A stretch of 64,000 nucleotides of DNA, taken from positions 12,409 to 76,408 of the forward strand of contig CALVCV010000001.1 in assembly GCA_944326155.1 (NCBI GenBank), written 5' to 3'. Below, in pieces: positions 38,178 to 47,738 of the stretch. Each line of letters starts with the position of its first letter. The stretch's first letter is position 1. The position numbers were made by a program, and so were the translations under genes. The DNA comes from an uncultured Bacilli bacterium. GTDB taxonomy: Bacteria; Bacillota_I; Bacilli_A; ML615J-28; CAG-313. Under the pieces are notes generated by a model. That model saw nothing but the letters and a program-made list of their open reading frames with translations. It was not told where the DNA came from and did no database searches.

Positions 38178-39070
38178 TGCAAAAGGTTATTGTTATTACA
38201 GGTCCTACTGCGGTTGGTAAAACTAAATTATCAATTGAAATTGCAAAACGTCTTCATACCGATATCATTAATACAGACGCTTATCAAGTTTATCGCAAAA
38301 TGGATATTGGAACTGCTAAACCCACAATGAGAGAACAAAATTTAGTAAAACATCATTTTATCGATATCATTGATCCTAAAGATGAATTTTCAGTATATGA
38401 CTTTCAAAAAAAAGTAAGAATATTAATTAATAAAATGCAAAAAGATAATAAAATTCCACTACTTGTTGGTGGTAGTGGACTTTATATTGATGCGGTGATT
38501 AAGAATTATCATTTTGATGAAGAAAAACGTATTGATGCGAAATTTGATGATATTTCTAATGAAACTTTGTATCAAATGCTAGTAGATTTAGATAAAAGTG
38601 CGGCAGAAAAGATTCATCCAAATAATCGCAAAAGGCTCATTAGAGCAATTGAACTTGCACAATCCCCCATTTCAAAAGATTCACGCTCTCAGAATAAGGA
38701 TTTTTACTATGATACACTCCTTATTTTCTTAAATGATAATCGTGATGCCCTATATGAAAGAATTAATCAGCGTGTGGATCAAATGATTTCCGATGGTCTA
38801 ATTGAAGAAGTAAAAGCTATTCAAATTAATCATTTTTCACGCACCTCAAAAGTCGCCATAGGATATAAAGAAATTATTTCATATTTAAATGGTGATTTGA
38901 CAAAAGAAGAAGCTATTGCCTTAATTAAGAAAAATTCAAGACATTATGCGAAAAGGCAGTTTACTTGGTTCAAAAATAAAACTGCCGCGACTATTGTAAA
39001 TATTGATACTGAACATTTTGATAAAACAATTGATGAGGTTGAAAACTTAATAAAGAATTTTTTAAGCTAG
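38174..39070 (+). CDS. miaA: tRNA dimethylallyltransferase
   Basis: P-loop ITGPTAVGKT; ATGA overlap with mutL. Confidence 0.9.
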   Translation: MMQKVIVITGPTAVGKTKLSIEIAKRLHTDIINTDAYQVYRKMDIGTAKPTMREQNLVKHHFIDIIDPKDEFSVYDFQKKVRILINKMQKDNKIPLLVGGSGLYIDAVIKNYHFDEEKRIDAKFDDISNETLYQMLVDLDKSAAEKIHPNNRKRLIRAIELAQSPISKDSRSQNKDFYYDTLLIFLNDNRDALYERINQRVDQMISDGLIEEVKAIQINHFSRTSKVAIGYKEIISYLNGDLTKEEAIALIKKNSRHYAKRQFTWFKNKTAATIVNIDTEHFDKTIDEVENLIKNFLS

Positions 39071-39104
39071 AAGTTATATTTTACTTCTAGCTTTTGCTTT
39101 TTTT
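39066..39104 (+). terminator. Rho-independent terminator after miaA
   Basis: Stem gctagaagt / acttctagc, followed by a T-run. Confidence 0.7.
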
Positions 39105-39126
39105 CGTATAATGTATTGGTGATAAA

Positions 39127-40182
39127 ATGAAGAAAAAGTTTTGGTTATTTTTATTTTTGATTTTACTTTGCACAATCGTTGTGATCATTTTTAAATTAGA
39201 TTTATTTAAACATGATAAAAAAGTAATCTCCACAACTAGTAGTTTATATGATAATGCCAAAAGTTCAATTGCAATGGATGTCACAACAAAACGCATTTTA
39301 TATCAAAACAATATTTATGAACGAATGCTGCCGGCATCCACCACTAAAATTTTAACTTGCATAACTGCAATTGAAACATATGCTTTAGATGATTTTGTAG
39401 TAATTGCCGATGATGCACTTCAAGCAACTGGTTCTTCAATTTATTTAGAGGTTGGTGATGTAATCAGCGTAAATGATTTATTATATGGTTTGATGCTACG
39501 TAGTGGTAATGATGCAGCAAATGCTCTTGCACTTCATTATAGTGGTAAGATGGAAGACTTTGTGTATTTAATGAATAAACTTGCTAAAAAGATTGGAATG
39601 CATGATTCCACCTTTGAAAACCCTCATGGTTTAGATGAAACTAGCAAAAATTATACAACTACATACGACATGGCACTTTTAATGAGTTATGCAATGCAAA
39701 ATGAAACATTTCGTAAAATTACAAGTACTAAAGAGTATAACCCTACTATTATTAGTCATAAGAAGATGTACTTTTTTAATAAACATCAACTTGTGATAAA
39801 TAATGAACTTGTAACAGGGGGTAAAACAGGTTATACAAAACTTGCCAAAAGAACTCTCGTCACAACATTTAAAAAAGATGATTTTGAAATTGTCGTAGTT
39901 ACTTTTAATTGCTCTGATGATTGGAATGTTCATGAAAATATTGCAAAGTATTGTTTTAATAAATATAGTCAAAAACAACTTCTTTCTAAATTTGATGTCC
40001 TTTTTGCGATTTCTGGCAAAAGCCACTACATAATTGAAAAGGAAAATTTGTTGGTACCTGTTACAAAAGAAGAAGAGCTTTCTTATAAAATTTTTGAACA
40101 AGATAATGAATTAACGATTTGTTACTACACAGAAGAAAAGATGATATGCAATGTAAAGTTTAGGAGTAGAAAAGATGAATAA
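39127..40182 (+). CDS. dacB: D-alanyl-D-alanine carboxypeptidase (PBP5*-like, sporulation-type)
   Basis: SxxK (STTK), SGN and KTG motifs; N-terminal signal/anchor. Followed by spmA-spmB as in the B. subtilis dacB operon. Confidence 0.8.
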   Translation: MKKKFWLFLFLILLCTIVVIIFKLDLFKHDKKVISTTSSLYDNAKSSIAMDVTTKRILYQNNIYERMLPASTTKILTCITAIETYALDDFVVIADDALQATGSSIYLEVGDVISVNDLLYGLMLRSGNDAANALALHYSGKMEDFVYLMNKLAKKIGMHDSTFENPHGLDETSKNYTTTYDMALLMSYAMQNETFRKITSTKEYNPTIISHKKMYFFNKHQLVINNELVTGGKTGYTKLAKRTLVTTFKKDDFEIVVVTFNCSDDWNVHENIAKYCFNKYSQKQLLSKFDVLFAISGKSHYIIEKENLLVPVTKEEELSYKIFEQDNELTICYYTEEKMICNVKFRSRKDE

Positions 40183-40759
40183 AATTTGGTCGATTTTAGT
40201 TTTAATTGGCATCTTTATTAGTATATTGACAGGATCTACGGAAGAGTTAGGAAGTATCATTATCAATTCGGCAACAGATGCATTTCAAATCTTTTTAAAA
40301 CTTGCTCTTTTGATTTTATTTTGGAATGGAATTTTTCAAATTGCTATTGCATCAGGCTTAATTAAAAATATTACGAGATTATTAAAAAAACCTCTTGCTT
40401 TCTTATTTCCTAGTATTGATAAAGATTCACTTTGTATGGAATATATTTGTTCAAATCTCGTTGCAAATATGTTAGGGCTTGGTGCTGCAGCAACACCACT
40501 TGGCCTTAAAGCTTTTCAACTGTTACAAGAAGAAAATAATAAAGAAACACCCTCTCCTGCGATGATAACTTTTGTTTTATTAAATATTAGTACACTCACC
40601 TTCTTTCCGACTACAATTATTAGTTTACGATCAATGTATCAAGGAAAAACTTCAATATCACTTATTTTTTTGATGATTTTAGTCACTTCCATTGCAACAA
40701 TTTTTACACTTACTCTTGATCGTATCCTTTATTTCATCACCCTTAGAAAGAAGAAGTAG
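40175..40759 (+). CDS. spmA: Spore maturation protein A (nucleoside-transporter/Gate domain)
   Basis: 194-aa polytopic membrane protein; 8-nt overlap with dacB; conserved dacB-spmA-spmB order. Confidence 0.7.
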   Translation: MNKIWSILVLIGIFISILTGSTEELGSIIINSATDAFQIFLKLALLILFWNGIFQIAIASGLIKNITRLLKKPLAFLFPSIDKDSLCMEYICSNLVANMLGLGAAATPLGLKAFQLLQEENNKETPSPAMITFVLLNISTLTFFPTTIISLRSMYQGKTSISLIFLMILVTSIATIFTLTLDRILYFITLRKKK

Positions 40760-40762
40760 TTT

Positions 40763-41251
40763 ATGCAAATTGTTGTTTTTTATATTTTATGTATTGTACT
40801 TTTTGCAATATGGAAAAAAGTAAATGCATATGAAGCTTTTTTAACAGGTGTAGAAAATAGTTTTAAAACCATTTTAACCATTTTTCCTAATATATTAGCT
40901 ATCATTTTTGCAATTAATGTCTTTCTTCATAGTGGTATTATGGAACTTTTATCAAACTTCTTAAGTAAAATAAATATTATACCAGAAATAATCATGCAAT
41001 GTATTTTAAAACCTATTTCTTGGTCAAGTTCTCTTTTAATGATGAGTAAAGTTTTTGAAACATATGGTGTTGATTCAAAACTCGGTGCTTTATCAACACT
41101 AATTCAAGGTGGATCTGATACTACGATTTATATTGTAGCTTTATATTTTTCTTCCATTAAAATGAAAAAAACCGGTCACACAATTTGGGTGGGAATTTTG
41201 ACCGATATAACCACTTTTATCGTTTCCTACTTATTAATTAAATTATTATAA
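40763..41251 (+). CDS. spmB: Spore maturation protein B
   Basis: 162-aa membrane protein directly after spmA. Confidence 0.7.
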   Translation: MQIVVFYILCIVLFAIWKKVNAYEAFLTGVENSFKTILTIFPNILAIIFAINVFLHSGIMELLSNFLSKINIIPEIIMQCILKPISWSSSLLMMSKVFETYGVDSKLGALSTLIQGGSDTTIYIVALYFSSIKMKKTGHTIWVGILTDITTFIVSYLLIKLL

Positions 41252-41253
41252 AA

Positions 41254-41277
41254 AACGCTAAAAATAGCGTTTTTTAG
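41254..41277 (+). terminator. Rho-independent terminator after spmB
   Basis: Stem aacgcta / tagcgtt, loop aaaa, then T5. Confidence 0.65.
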
Positions 41278-41367
41278 GCTAAAAAAATAATTATTTTATT
41301 ACTTGATTAAAAAAACCACTTTTAGTATAATATACTTAGTAAAAAAAGAAATTTAAAGGAGGAAAAA

Positions 41368-42141
41368 ATGGAAAGAATTCAAAAAAGAATTGCCGCAAGC
41401 GGAATCGCTTCAAGAAGAAAAGCTGAAGAACTAATTTTAGAAGGCCGTGTAAAAGTCAATGGTCATGTAGTTGATTCTTTAGGTACCAAAGTTGGTCCCA
41501 AAGATGAAGTAACAGTTGATGATATTGTTGTTTCTAAACTTTCCTCTTTATATTTAGTGCTCAATAAGCCTAGAGGATATATTTGTAGTGTAAGTGATGA
41601 GTTTGATAGAAAGATTATCCTTGATCTTGTACCTGATGAATTTAAAAAGTTTAAAGTTTTTCCTGTTGGTAGACTTGATTATGATACCAAAGGTGTTATT
41701 CTATTAACAAATGACGGCGAGTTTATGAATAAAATGGTAGGACCAAAAAGTGGTATTCAAAAAGAATATTTGGTAAGAGTAAGAGGTATTATGAATAATG
41801 ATGCCTTAAATCGATTACAAAATGGTGTTATGATAAATGGTAAAATGACCCTACCTGCTCTTGTATCAATTGAATCGATTGACCGCGATAACTCATCATC
41901 ACTTGTTAGAATTACGATTACTCAAGGTATGAATCACCAAATAAAAGAAATGTTTAAAGTAGTTGGTTATGAAGTAAAGCGTCTTACCAGAATTCGTTTC
42001 GGAAATATTAAAATCGATGATTTATCGGAAGGTGAAATTCGTAGACTCACTATTCATGAAGTTAAAACGCTAATAGAACTATCAAAAAAATCTAAAATTT
42101 TGTCAAATAATTCTAAACTAAAAACAATACATTATTTATAA
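41368..42141 (+). CDS. rluB: Pseudouridine synthase, RsuA/RluB family with N-terminal S4 domain
   Basis: S4 motif at the N-terminus and catalytic-Asp block VGRLDYDTKGV. Position after dacB-spmAB matches B. subtilis. Confidence 0.85.
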   Translation: MERIQKRIAASGIASRRKAEELILEGRVKVNGHVVDSLGTKVGPKDEVTVDDIVVSKLSSLYLVLNKPRGYICSVSDEFDRKIILDLVPDEFKKFKVFPVGRLDYDTKGVILLTNDGEFMNKMVGPKSGIQKEYLVRVRGIMNNDALNRLQNGVMINGKMTLPALVSIESIDRDNSSSLVRITITQGMNHQIKEMFKVVGYEVKRLTRIRFGNIKIDDLSEGEIRRLTIHEVKTLIELSKKSKILSNNSKLKTIHYL

Positions 42142-42142
42142 T

Positions 42143-43066
42143 ATGAAAACACTAGATTTTGAATGGAAAATTTTACAATGGTTTGATAGTTTTAAATGCG
42201 ACTTTTTAAATTTATTTAATCAATATGTTTCTCTTATTTTTGGTAGTATTGGTTTAATTGTAATCTTAATGGTTGTTTATTGGATTTGCAATAAGGAAAA
42301 AGGCTATATTATTGCTTATAATTTATTTTTAGCCATAATACTCAATAATATCCTCAAAACTTTTTTCATGCGCAGAAGACCGTTCGAGCATACTGGATAC
42401 GAACATCTTCGTAAGCTAGATGTTGCCAAAGATGGCGCCACAGGTTCTTCATTTCCGAGTGGTCATGCGATGAATAGTAGTTGTCTATATAGTAGCCTTA
42501 CACTTAATTTTAAAGCTAAGAGATTTCTATGGCTACAAATTGTGTGTATTGTCCTAATCATCCTTATTGCTATTTCAAGATTATATTTAGGCGTACATTT
42601 TTTTACTGATGTTGTATGTGGCGTTGTACTGGGTATTTTAATCACAATTCTTTTTACTTTTATACAAAAAGTACTTGCTGGCAAAAAAAATATCCTATAT
42701 ATTATCACAATTATCCTTTTTTTACCATGTTTATTCTTTGATATTTTCGCTAGAGACTTTTACAAAGGATATGGCTTGATGATAGGCTTTATGATTGCTA
42801 ACCTACTTGAGGCACGTTTTGTAAAATTTGATATCAATGTGACAGGCACACAAAAACTGATTCGCTTACTGATAGGCGCTATTGTTGTAGGAAGTATATA
42901 TTTGGTGTATGAAGTTGTACCTTCTTCAGTTCATAACAATTTATATTTTACCTTATTTATTCATTTTTTGCTTAGTTTTTGTGGCTTTTTCGTAGTGCCA
43001 TTAATTTTTAAATTTATAGAAAAGCCACATAAAAAAGCATATAAAAATACAACCTCAAAAAATTAG
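42143..43066 (+). CDS. PAP2-family membrane phosphatase (phosphatidylglycerophosphatase B / undecaprenyl-diphosphatase-like)
   Basis: PAP2 motifs KTFFMRRRP (KX6RP), SFPSGHA (PSGH), and SRLYLGVHFFTDV (SRX5HX3D). Confidence 0.8.
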   Translation: MKTLDFEWKILQWFDSFKCDFLNLFNQYVSLIFGSIGLIVILMVVYWICNKEKGYIIAYNLFLAIILNNILKTFFMRRRPFEHTGYEHLRKLDVAKDGATGSSFPSGHAMNSSCLYSSLTLNFKAKRFLWLQIVCIVLIILIAISRLYLGVHFFTDVVCGVVLGILITILFTFIQKVLAGKKNILYIITIILFLPCLFFDIFARDFYKGYGLMIGFMIANLLEARFVKFDINVTGTQKLIRLLIGAIVVGSIYLVYEVVPSSVHNNLYFTLFIHFLLSFCGFFVVPLIFKFIEKPHKKAYKNTTSKN

Positions 43067-43100
43067 ATTTTTTCTATTCTTTTTGAGGTTGTTCTTTTTT
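43049..43100 (+). terminator. Rho-independent terminator overlapping the PAP2 gene 3' end
   Basis: Stem acaacctcaaaa / ttttgaggttgt with a ~20-nt loop, then T6. Confidence 0.55.
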
Positions 43101-43162
43101 ACTTGAAAAAAAATAAAAAAATGATATAATTAGAATGATTCAATTAATTAGAGGTGTTTCGC

Positions 43163-44221
43163 ATGGACAATTTTGAGGTTTTAAATCATTATATTATTCC
43201 ATCTGATATCTTAATGGATATGTTAGCAACTTATAAATTACTAGGCAAAAACGAACAATATCAAGAAGCACTTCGTGATCAAAGTCCCTATTTGTACTTA
43301 GATACTTTAGAAAAAGATACTTTTTTTGCAACAAAACTTCTCAAAATGTCTATATCTGAAAATCGTTTACGACTAATAATTTTGGAAAAAGTAGCGCCCA
43401 AAAACAAAGAAGAAGAAGTTGTTTTAGGTATTAAAAAAGTCTTTATTCGTATGCATGATGCCGCAAAACAACATCTATCATTTAATAGTTCAGATATGCT
43501 TGATAATTTAAATTTAATTTTTGGCAAAAGATCAACGTCCTTTTCACCGAAAATGCTTCAAACAAATAACAAAAAGTCTAAACCTATTAGTATTCGTCTT
43601 GCTTTTAACCAAATATTAGATAATTACCATCAATATCGTGTGCAAAAAAAGTTTGAATCGATTTATTTATCAGTTATTACTTTTATGGAGATGAAAAATC
43701 TAATACCTTTTACAAAACATAATGATTGTATTAGTGTTTTTTATTTATACTATATGCTTATTTTATCGGATGTTTTAGTTTTTGAATACGTTAGTTTTAT
43801 GGAACTTTACTATGAAATTTATAACCAAATAGAAGATAGTATTGCAAAAGGAAGCCTTAATTATTATACGAACTATTTACAAACATCAGATACAACGCGT
43901 CTTATATTTAAGCTGATAAATCAAGCTTATAAGAACCTCGACATCATTGTAAAAAATATTTCTTTTAATAAACGTGCTTATAAAAGCGATGTAATAGAAG
44001 AAACTATCTATAAAAAAGTGCCTAAATATTTTACAAAAGAAGATATTCGAAAGTACCATCCTGATGCGAGTGATTCAACTATCAATCGAATTCTTTTTAA
44101 ATTACGCGACGAACAAGTGATTATGCCACTAGGTAAAGGAAGAAGTGCCAAATGGATGAAATTAATCAATGATAATGATCCACGTATTATTTTTGGAGTA
44201 AATTATGAACAAGAAAATTAG
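43163..44221 (+). CDS. Hypothetical protein with C-terminal winged-helix-like segment
   Basis: RBS AGAGGTG then ATG 43163. No catalytic motif recognised. C-terminus ...INRILFKLRDEQVIMPLGKGRSAKW resembles a wHTH. 17-nt overlap with the downstream PHP phosphatase. Confidence 0.4.
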   Translation: MDNFEVLNHYIIPSDILMDMLATYKLLGKNEQYQEALRDQSPYLYLDTLEKDTFFATKLLKMSISENRLRLIILEKVAPKNKEEEVVLGIKKVFIRMHDAAKQHLSFNSSDMLDNLNLIFGKRSTSFSPKMLQTNNKKSKPISIRLAFNQILDNYHQYRVQKKFESIYLSVITFMEMKNLIPFTKHNDCISVFYLYYMLILSDVLVFEYVSFMELYYEIYNQIEDSIAKGSLNYYTNYLQTSDTTRLIFKLINQAYKNLDIIVKNISFNKRAYKSDVIEETIYKKVPKYFTKEDIRKYHPDASDSTINRILFKLRDEQVIMPLGKGRSAKWMKLINDNDPRIIFGVNYEQEN

Positions 44222-45026
44222 TGCTAATTATCACACTCATACATTTTTATGTAAACATGCAATTGGAAATGTTGAAGATTATGTTAAAAAAGCTATTAGT
44301 ATGCAATATCATACCATTGCAATTACTGATCATGGTCCATTTCCTAAATTCTTACAAAAAAGATTGAAATCAAGAAGAATGTCCATTGAACAGTATAATG
44401 AAATCTATTTAGATGCTTTACAAAAAGCTAAAGAACTTCATAAAAATGAAATCTGTGTGCTATCAGGTATTGAAATTGAATATATGGATGAGTTACAAGA
44501 TAAATATAAAGAATTTTTGAGCCAACTTGATTTCTTGGTGTTAGGACAGCATTATATCAAAGTAGACGATATCTATAAAAGCATTTATGATGAGTTATCA
44601 GAAGATGAAATTCATGTATATGCCAAAACCGTTACTCAAGCGATGAAAAGTGGATATTTTAAGATTATTGCCCATCCTGAAATCTTTGCTTGGAACATTA
44701 ACGTTTGGAATAAATTATGTGAAGAAGTATCAAATGAAATTATTGATGTAGCGATTGAAAATAACGTCATTCTAGAAATAAATGTTAATGGAGTACGTAA
44801 CTCTTTTTATCAAAGAAAAGAATTTTATCAAAATGAAGGAATTAATTTTCCTTATCCAAGAAGGGAATTTTGGGAAATAGCAAAAGCAAAAAATGCTAAA
44901 GTAATGATTAATGATGATGCTCATTCGCCTAATAGAATGAATGATGAATACACAAAATATATTTACGATATTGCTTTAAAGATGAATTTAAATATCGTTG
45001 ATCGTATAGAAGGTATAAATGATTAA
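44205..45026 (+). CDS. PHP-domain histidinol-phosphatase family protein
   Basis: N-terminal metal-binding NYHTHTFLCKHA (HxH) and downstream DHG/His residues of the PHP/HisJ fold. Confidence 0.75.
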   Translation: MNKKISANYHTHTFLCKHAIGNVEDYVKKAISMQYHTIAITDHGPFPKFLQKRLKSRRMSIEQYNEIYLDALQKAKELHKNEICVLSGIEIEYMDELQDKYKEFLSQLDFLVLGQHYIKVDDIYKSIYDELSEDEIHVYAKTVTQAMKSGYFKIIAHPEIFAWNINVWNKLCEEVSNEIIDVAIENNVILEINVNGVRNSFYQRKEFYQNEGINFPYPRREFWEIAKAKNAKVMINDDAHSPNRMNDEYTKYIYDIALKMNLNIVDRIEGIND

Positions 45027-45043
45027 AATTTATACCTTTTTTT
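45012..45043 (+). terminator. Rho-independent terminator after the PHP gene
   Basis: Stem aggtataaat / atttatacc, then T7. Confidence 0.65.
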
Positions 45044-45081
45044 AGCGTTTAAAAATATAAATATGTTATTAAACTTTTTTC

Positions 45082-45107
45082 ACCTTCTTACAGAAGGTTT
45101 TTTATTT
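45082..45107 (+). terminator. Second terminator-like hairpin
   Basis: Stem accttct / agaaggt, loop taca, then TTTTTTATTTT. Confidence 0.45.
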
Positions 45108-45553
45108 TGAAAGAAGATGATTTTTTTTATTATTTAAGCTTTAAATTTCGCTATTTTAGCTTTTTTTGCTATTAAGTTTATAATTATTCAATTATTTACC
45201 TCAAATCAAAAAAACCTTTATTTTTGACTTATTAGTTTTTTAAATATATTCATGAGGTATTAAAATGATATAATTTAAAGTAGAATTATTAATTTATTTG
45301 TCATATATTCACTTAATATAGCACAGATGAAGTATTTAAATATAATATTCTACTAATTTATATATTTATATTTAACTTCCTATAATATATATTATGTTAA
45401 CTATAAAAAAATCAAAGTAAAATGGGAATAATTTTATATTTTTTTAATACGTTGATAACTTGCTACAAGCTTCAATAGTTTCTTTTTATAAATATAAACT
45501 ATTGAATAAACAAGAATTCAATTTATAAATAAAAAATAATTTATAAAAAAAAT

Positions 45554-45584
45554 AAAATGGTTAAAATTATTTTTTAACCATTTT
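45554..45584. terminator. Bidirectional terminator (serves the minus-strand hydrolase gene)
   Basis: Perfect 13-bp palindrome aaaatggttaaaa / ttttaaccatttt with a 5-nt loop and A/T runs on both sides. Confidence 0.6.
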
Positions 45585-45645
45585 ATAATATAATTTGAAT
45601 TAATAATTATTAGGATAAATTTATTTCGAACGCTGTGAGAGCAGA

Positions 45646-46551
45646 TTACTTTATTAAAAAATCTAAAATATCTTGATAAACTATTCTATTTTCTAATTCA
45701 TTAAGAGTTTCATGACGAAGTTCATCATATAACTTCATTTTAACTTTTAGGTTCTGTTTTAAATATTTTTTATATAATTTTTTAACAGATTTACCCATGC
45801 AACTTACATGATCTTTTGCACCTGAAAAAATTAAAATTTCAATATTTGGATAAATCATTTTAATAGACTTAGTTTTAAAACTAGTACGTAAAGTTTTTGC
45901 AATTGAATAATAGGTGGCATCGCTTACTGGTGCACCACATAAGGGATCTGCTTCATAATCTTTGACATTTTTTTGATTCTTAGAAAGCCAGTTAAAAGGA
46001 CTCTCCTCCTTAAATTTTTTGGCAAAATTACCAAAGGTAAGATTATAAATTAGTTTACTTGAAGAAAGATAGTCATGTTTTTTAACTTTGCCATATGTAA
46101 GTAATTTCAAAAAAACATATTTAAAATCACCCACATCTGTGCCAGAAAGTATAACTTTTTGAAATTCATTTGGATACCGCTGAATGTAACTTTGCGTAGC
46201 AATTGAACCCATACTATGACCAAATAGGCAAGTAATACCTTTAAAATCAGACTTAAAATATTGTCTTGTAAGATGAATACTTTGAATAACCTTATTTATA
46301 AAATCATCTTCTTCTATTTGACCATTTTTTTTAACATCCGCACATGATTCACCATGTCCAAAATGGTCACTACCTATAACAGTAAAGCCGCGATTAACTA
46401 AAAACTCAGCAAAATCATTATAACGTGTAATGTGTTCGCTAAGACCATGAGCTATTAGAATACAACCAATCATTGAAATTTCAGGATTTGACCATCTATA
46501 AGCTACTAAACGTGTATTTTCATTAAATGGTATTAAAAAACGTTCTCTCAT
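45646..46551 (-). CDS. Alpha/beta hydrolase (lysophospholipase / monoacylglycerol lipase family)
   Basis: Nucleophile elbow GHSMGS; HG oxyanion motif near the N-terminus (IAHGLSEH). Confidence 0.75.
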   Translation of the reverse strand: MRERFLIPFNENTRLVAYRWSNPEISMIGCILIAHGLSEHITRYNDFAEFLVNRGFTVIGSDHFGHGESCADVKKNGQIEEDDFINKVIQSIHLTRQYFKSDFKGITCLFGHSMGSIATQSYIQRYPNEFQKVILSGTDVGDFKYVFLKLLTYGKVKKHDYLSSSKLIYNLTFGNFAKKFKEESPFNWLSKNQKNVKDYEADPLCGAPVSDATYYSIAKTLRTSFKTKSIKMIYPNIEILIFSGAKDHVSCMGKSVKKLYKKYLKQNLKVKMKLYDELRHETLNELENRIVYQDILDFLIK

Positions 46552-47738
46552 AGTAATTCTTTTAGAATAGAGTAGCCAATTTTTGGCATCTTAACTTCAA
46601 AATTATCGCATATTGTAGCTCCGACGCAAGCAAAACTCTCTAAATCTGGCAATATTTTACCTTTAATATTCTTATGATAACAAATTAGTGGCACATATTC
46701 TCTTGTATGGTCAGTTCCATGGTGAATAGGGTCATTGCCATGATCTGCAACTACCATTATTAAGTCATCATTGTTTAATTTAGATAAAAGAGTAGCTAAA
46801 TCTTGATCAAATTCTTCTATTGCTTTTTTATAACCCTCTAAATCACGGCGATGACCATATAATGCGTCAAAATCTACAAGATTGGTAAAGCACAAACCTG
46901 TAAAGTCACCTTCTACTTTAGCTATGGTTTTTAACATACCATCGTGATTTGAAATGGTTCTTAATGCCTTTGTAATACCATATCCGTCAAAAATATCATT
47001 AATTTTACCTATAGCGATAACTTCTAAGTTTTTTTCACTTAAATAATTAAGACAAGTTTTATCAAAAGGTTTTAACGCATAATCATGACGATTAGAGGTT
47101 CTAATAAAATTATTTTTATTTGTACCAACATATGGTCGAGCAATAATTCTACCTACTTGCCATGCTTTGTTTTCAATTGTAATTTTTCTTGCATATTCAC
47201 ATATTCGATATAATTCATCAAGTGGAATCACTTCCTCGTTTGCCGCAATTTGCAAAACCGAATCAGCAGAGGTATAAACAATTAAAGCGCCAGTTTTTAA
47301 TTGTTCTTCTCCCAAATCCTTGATAATTTCAGTACCACTTGCACTAATATTGCCAATTACTTTTCGACCACTAAAATTTTCTAAAGCTTCAATCAATTCT
47401 TTTGGAAATCCTGTTTCAGTAAAAGAAGGAAAAGGATGTTCAACTTTTAACCCCATTAATTCAAAGTGACCTGTTAAAGTATCTTTGCCAACACTTTGTT
47501 CTTTCATTCTAGCAATTACGCCTAGTGGCGGCAAGGCACATAAAATTTTTTGATTTGGACATAAATTCCCTATACCTAATTTTTGAAGTGTGGGAATAGT
47601 AAATTCTTTAGAAAAGTTGGCAATATGTCCAAAAGTATTCGCTCCTATATCATTGTATTCTTCTGCATCAGGGGCTTCACCAATACCTAAGGAATCGGCT
47701 ACAATAACAAATATTCTTTTAAATTTCATTTTTTCCAT
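46548..47738 (-). CDS. deoB: Phosphopentomutase
   Basis: Metalloenzyme-superfamily N-terminus KRIFVIVADSLGIGEAPDA and C-terminal DHGNDP...GTDHTREYVP, typical of DeoB. Confidence 0.85.
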   Translation of the reverse strand: MEKMKFKRIFVIVADSLGIGEAPDAEEYNDIGANTFGHIANFSKEFTIPTLQKLGIGNLCPNQKILCALPPLGVIARMKEQSVGKDTLTGHFELMGLKVEHPFPSFTETGFPKELIEALENFSGRKVIGNISASGTEIIKDLGEEQLKTGALIVYTSADSVLQIAANEEVIPLDELYRICEYARKITIENKAWQVGRIIARPYVGTNKNNFIRTSNRHDYALKPFDKTCLNYLSEKNLEVIAIGKINDIFDGYGITKALRTISNHDGMLKTIAKVEGDFTGLCFTNLVDFDALYGHRRDLEGYKKAIEEFDQDLATLLSKLNNDDLIMVVADHGNDPIHHGTDHTREYVPLICYHKNIKGKILPDLESFACVGATICDNFEVKMPKIGYSILKELL

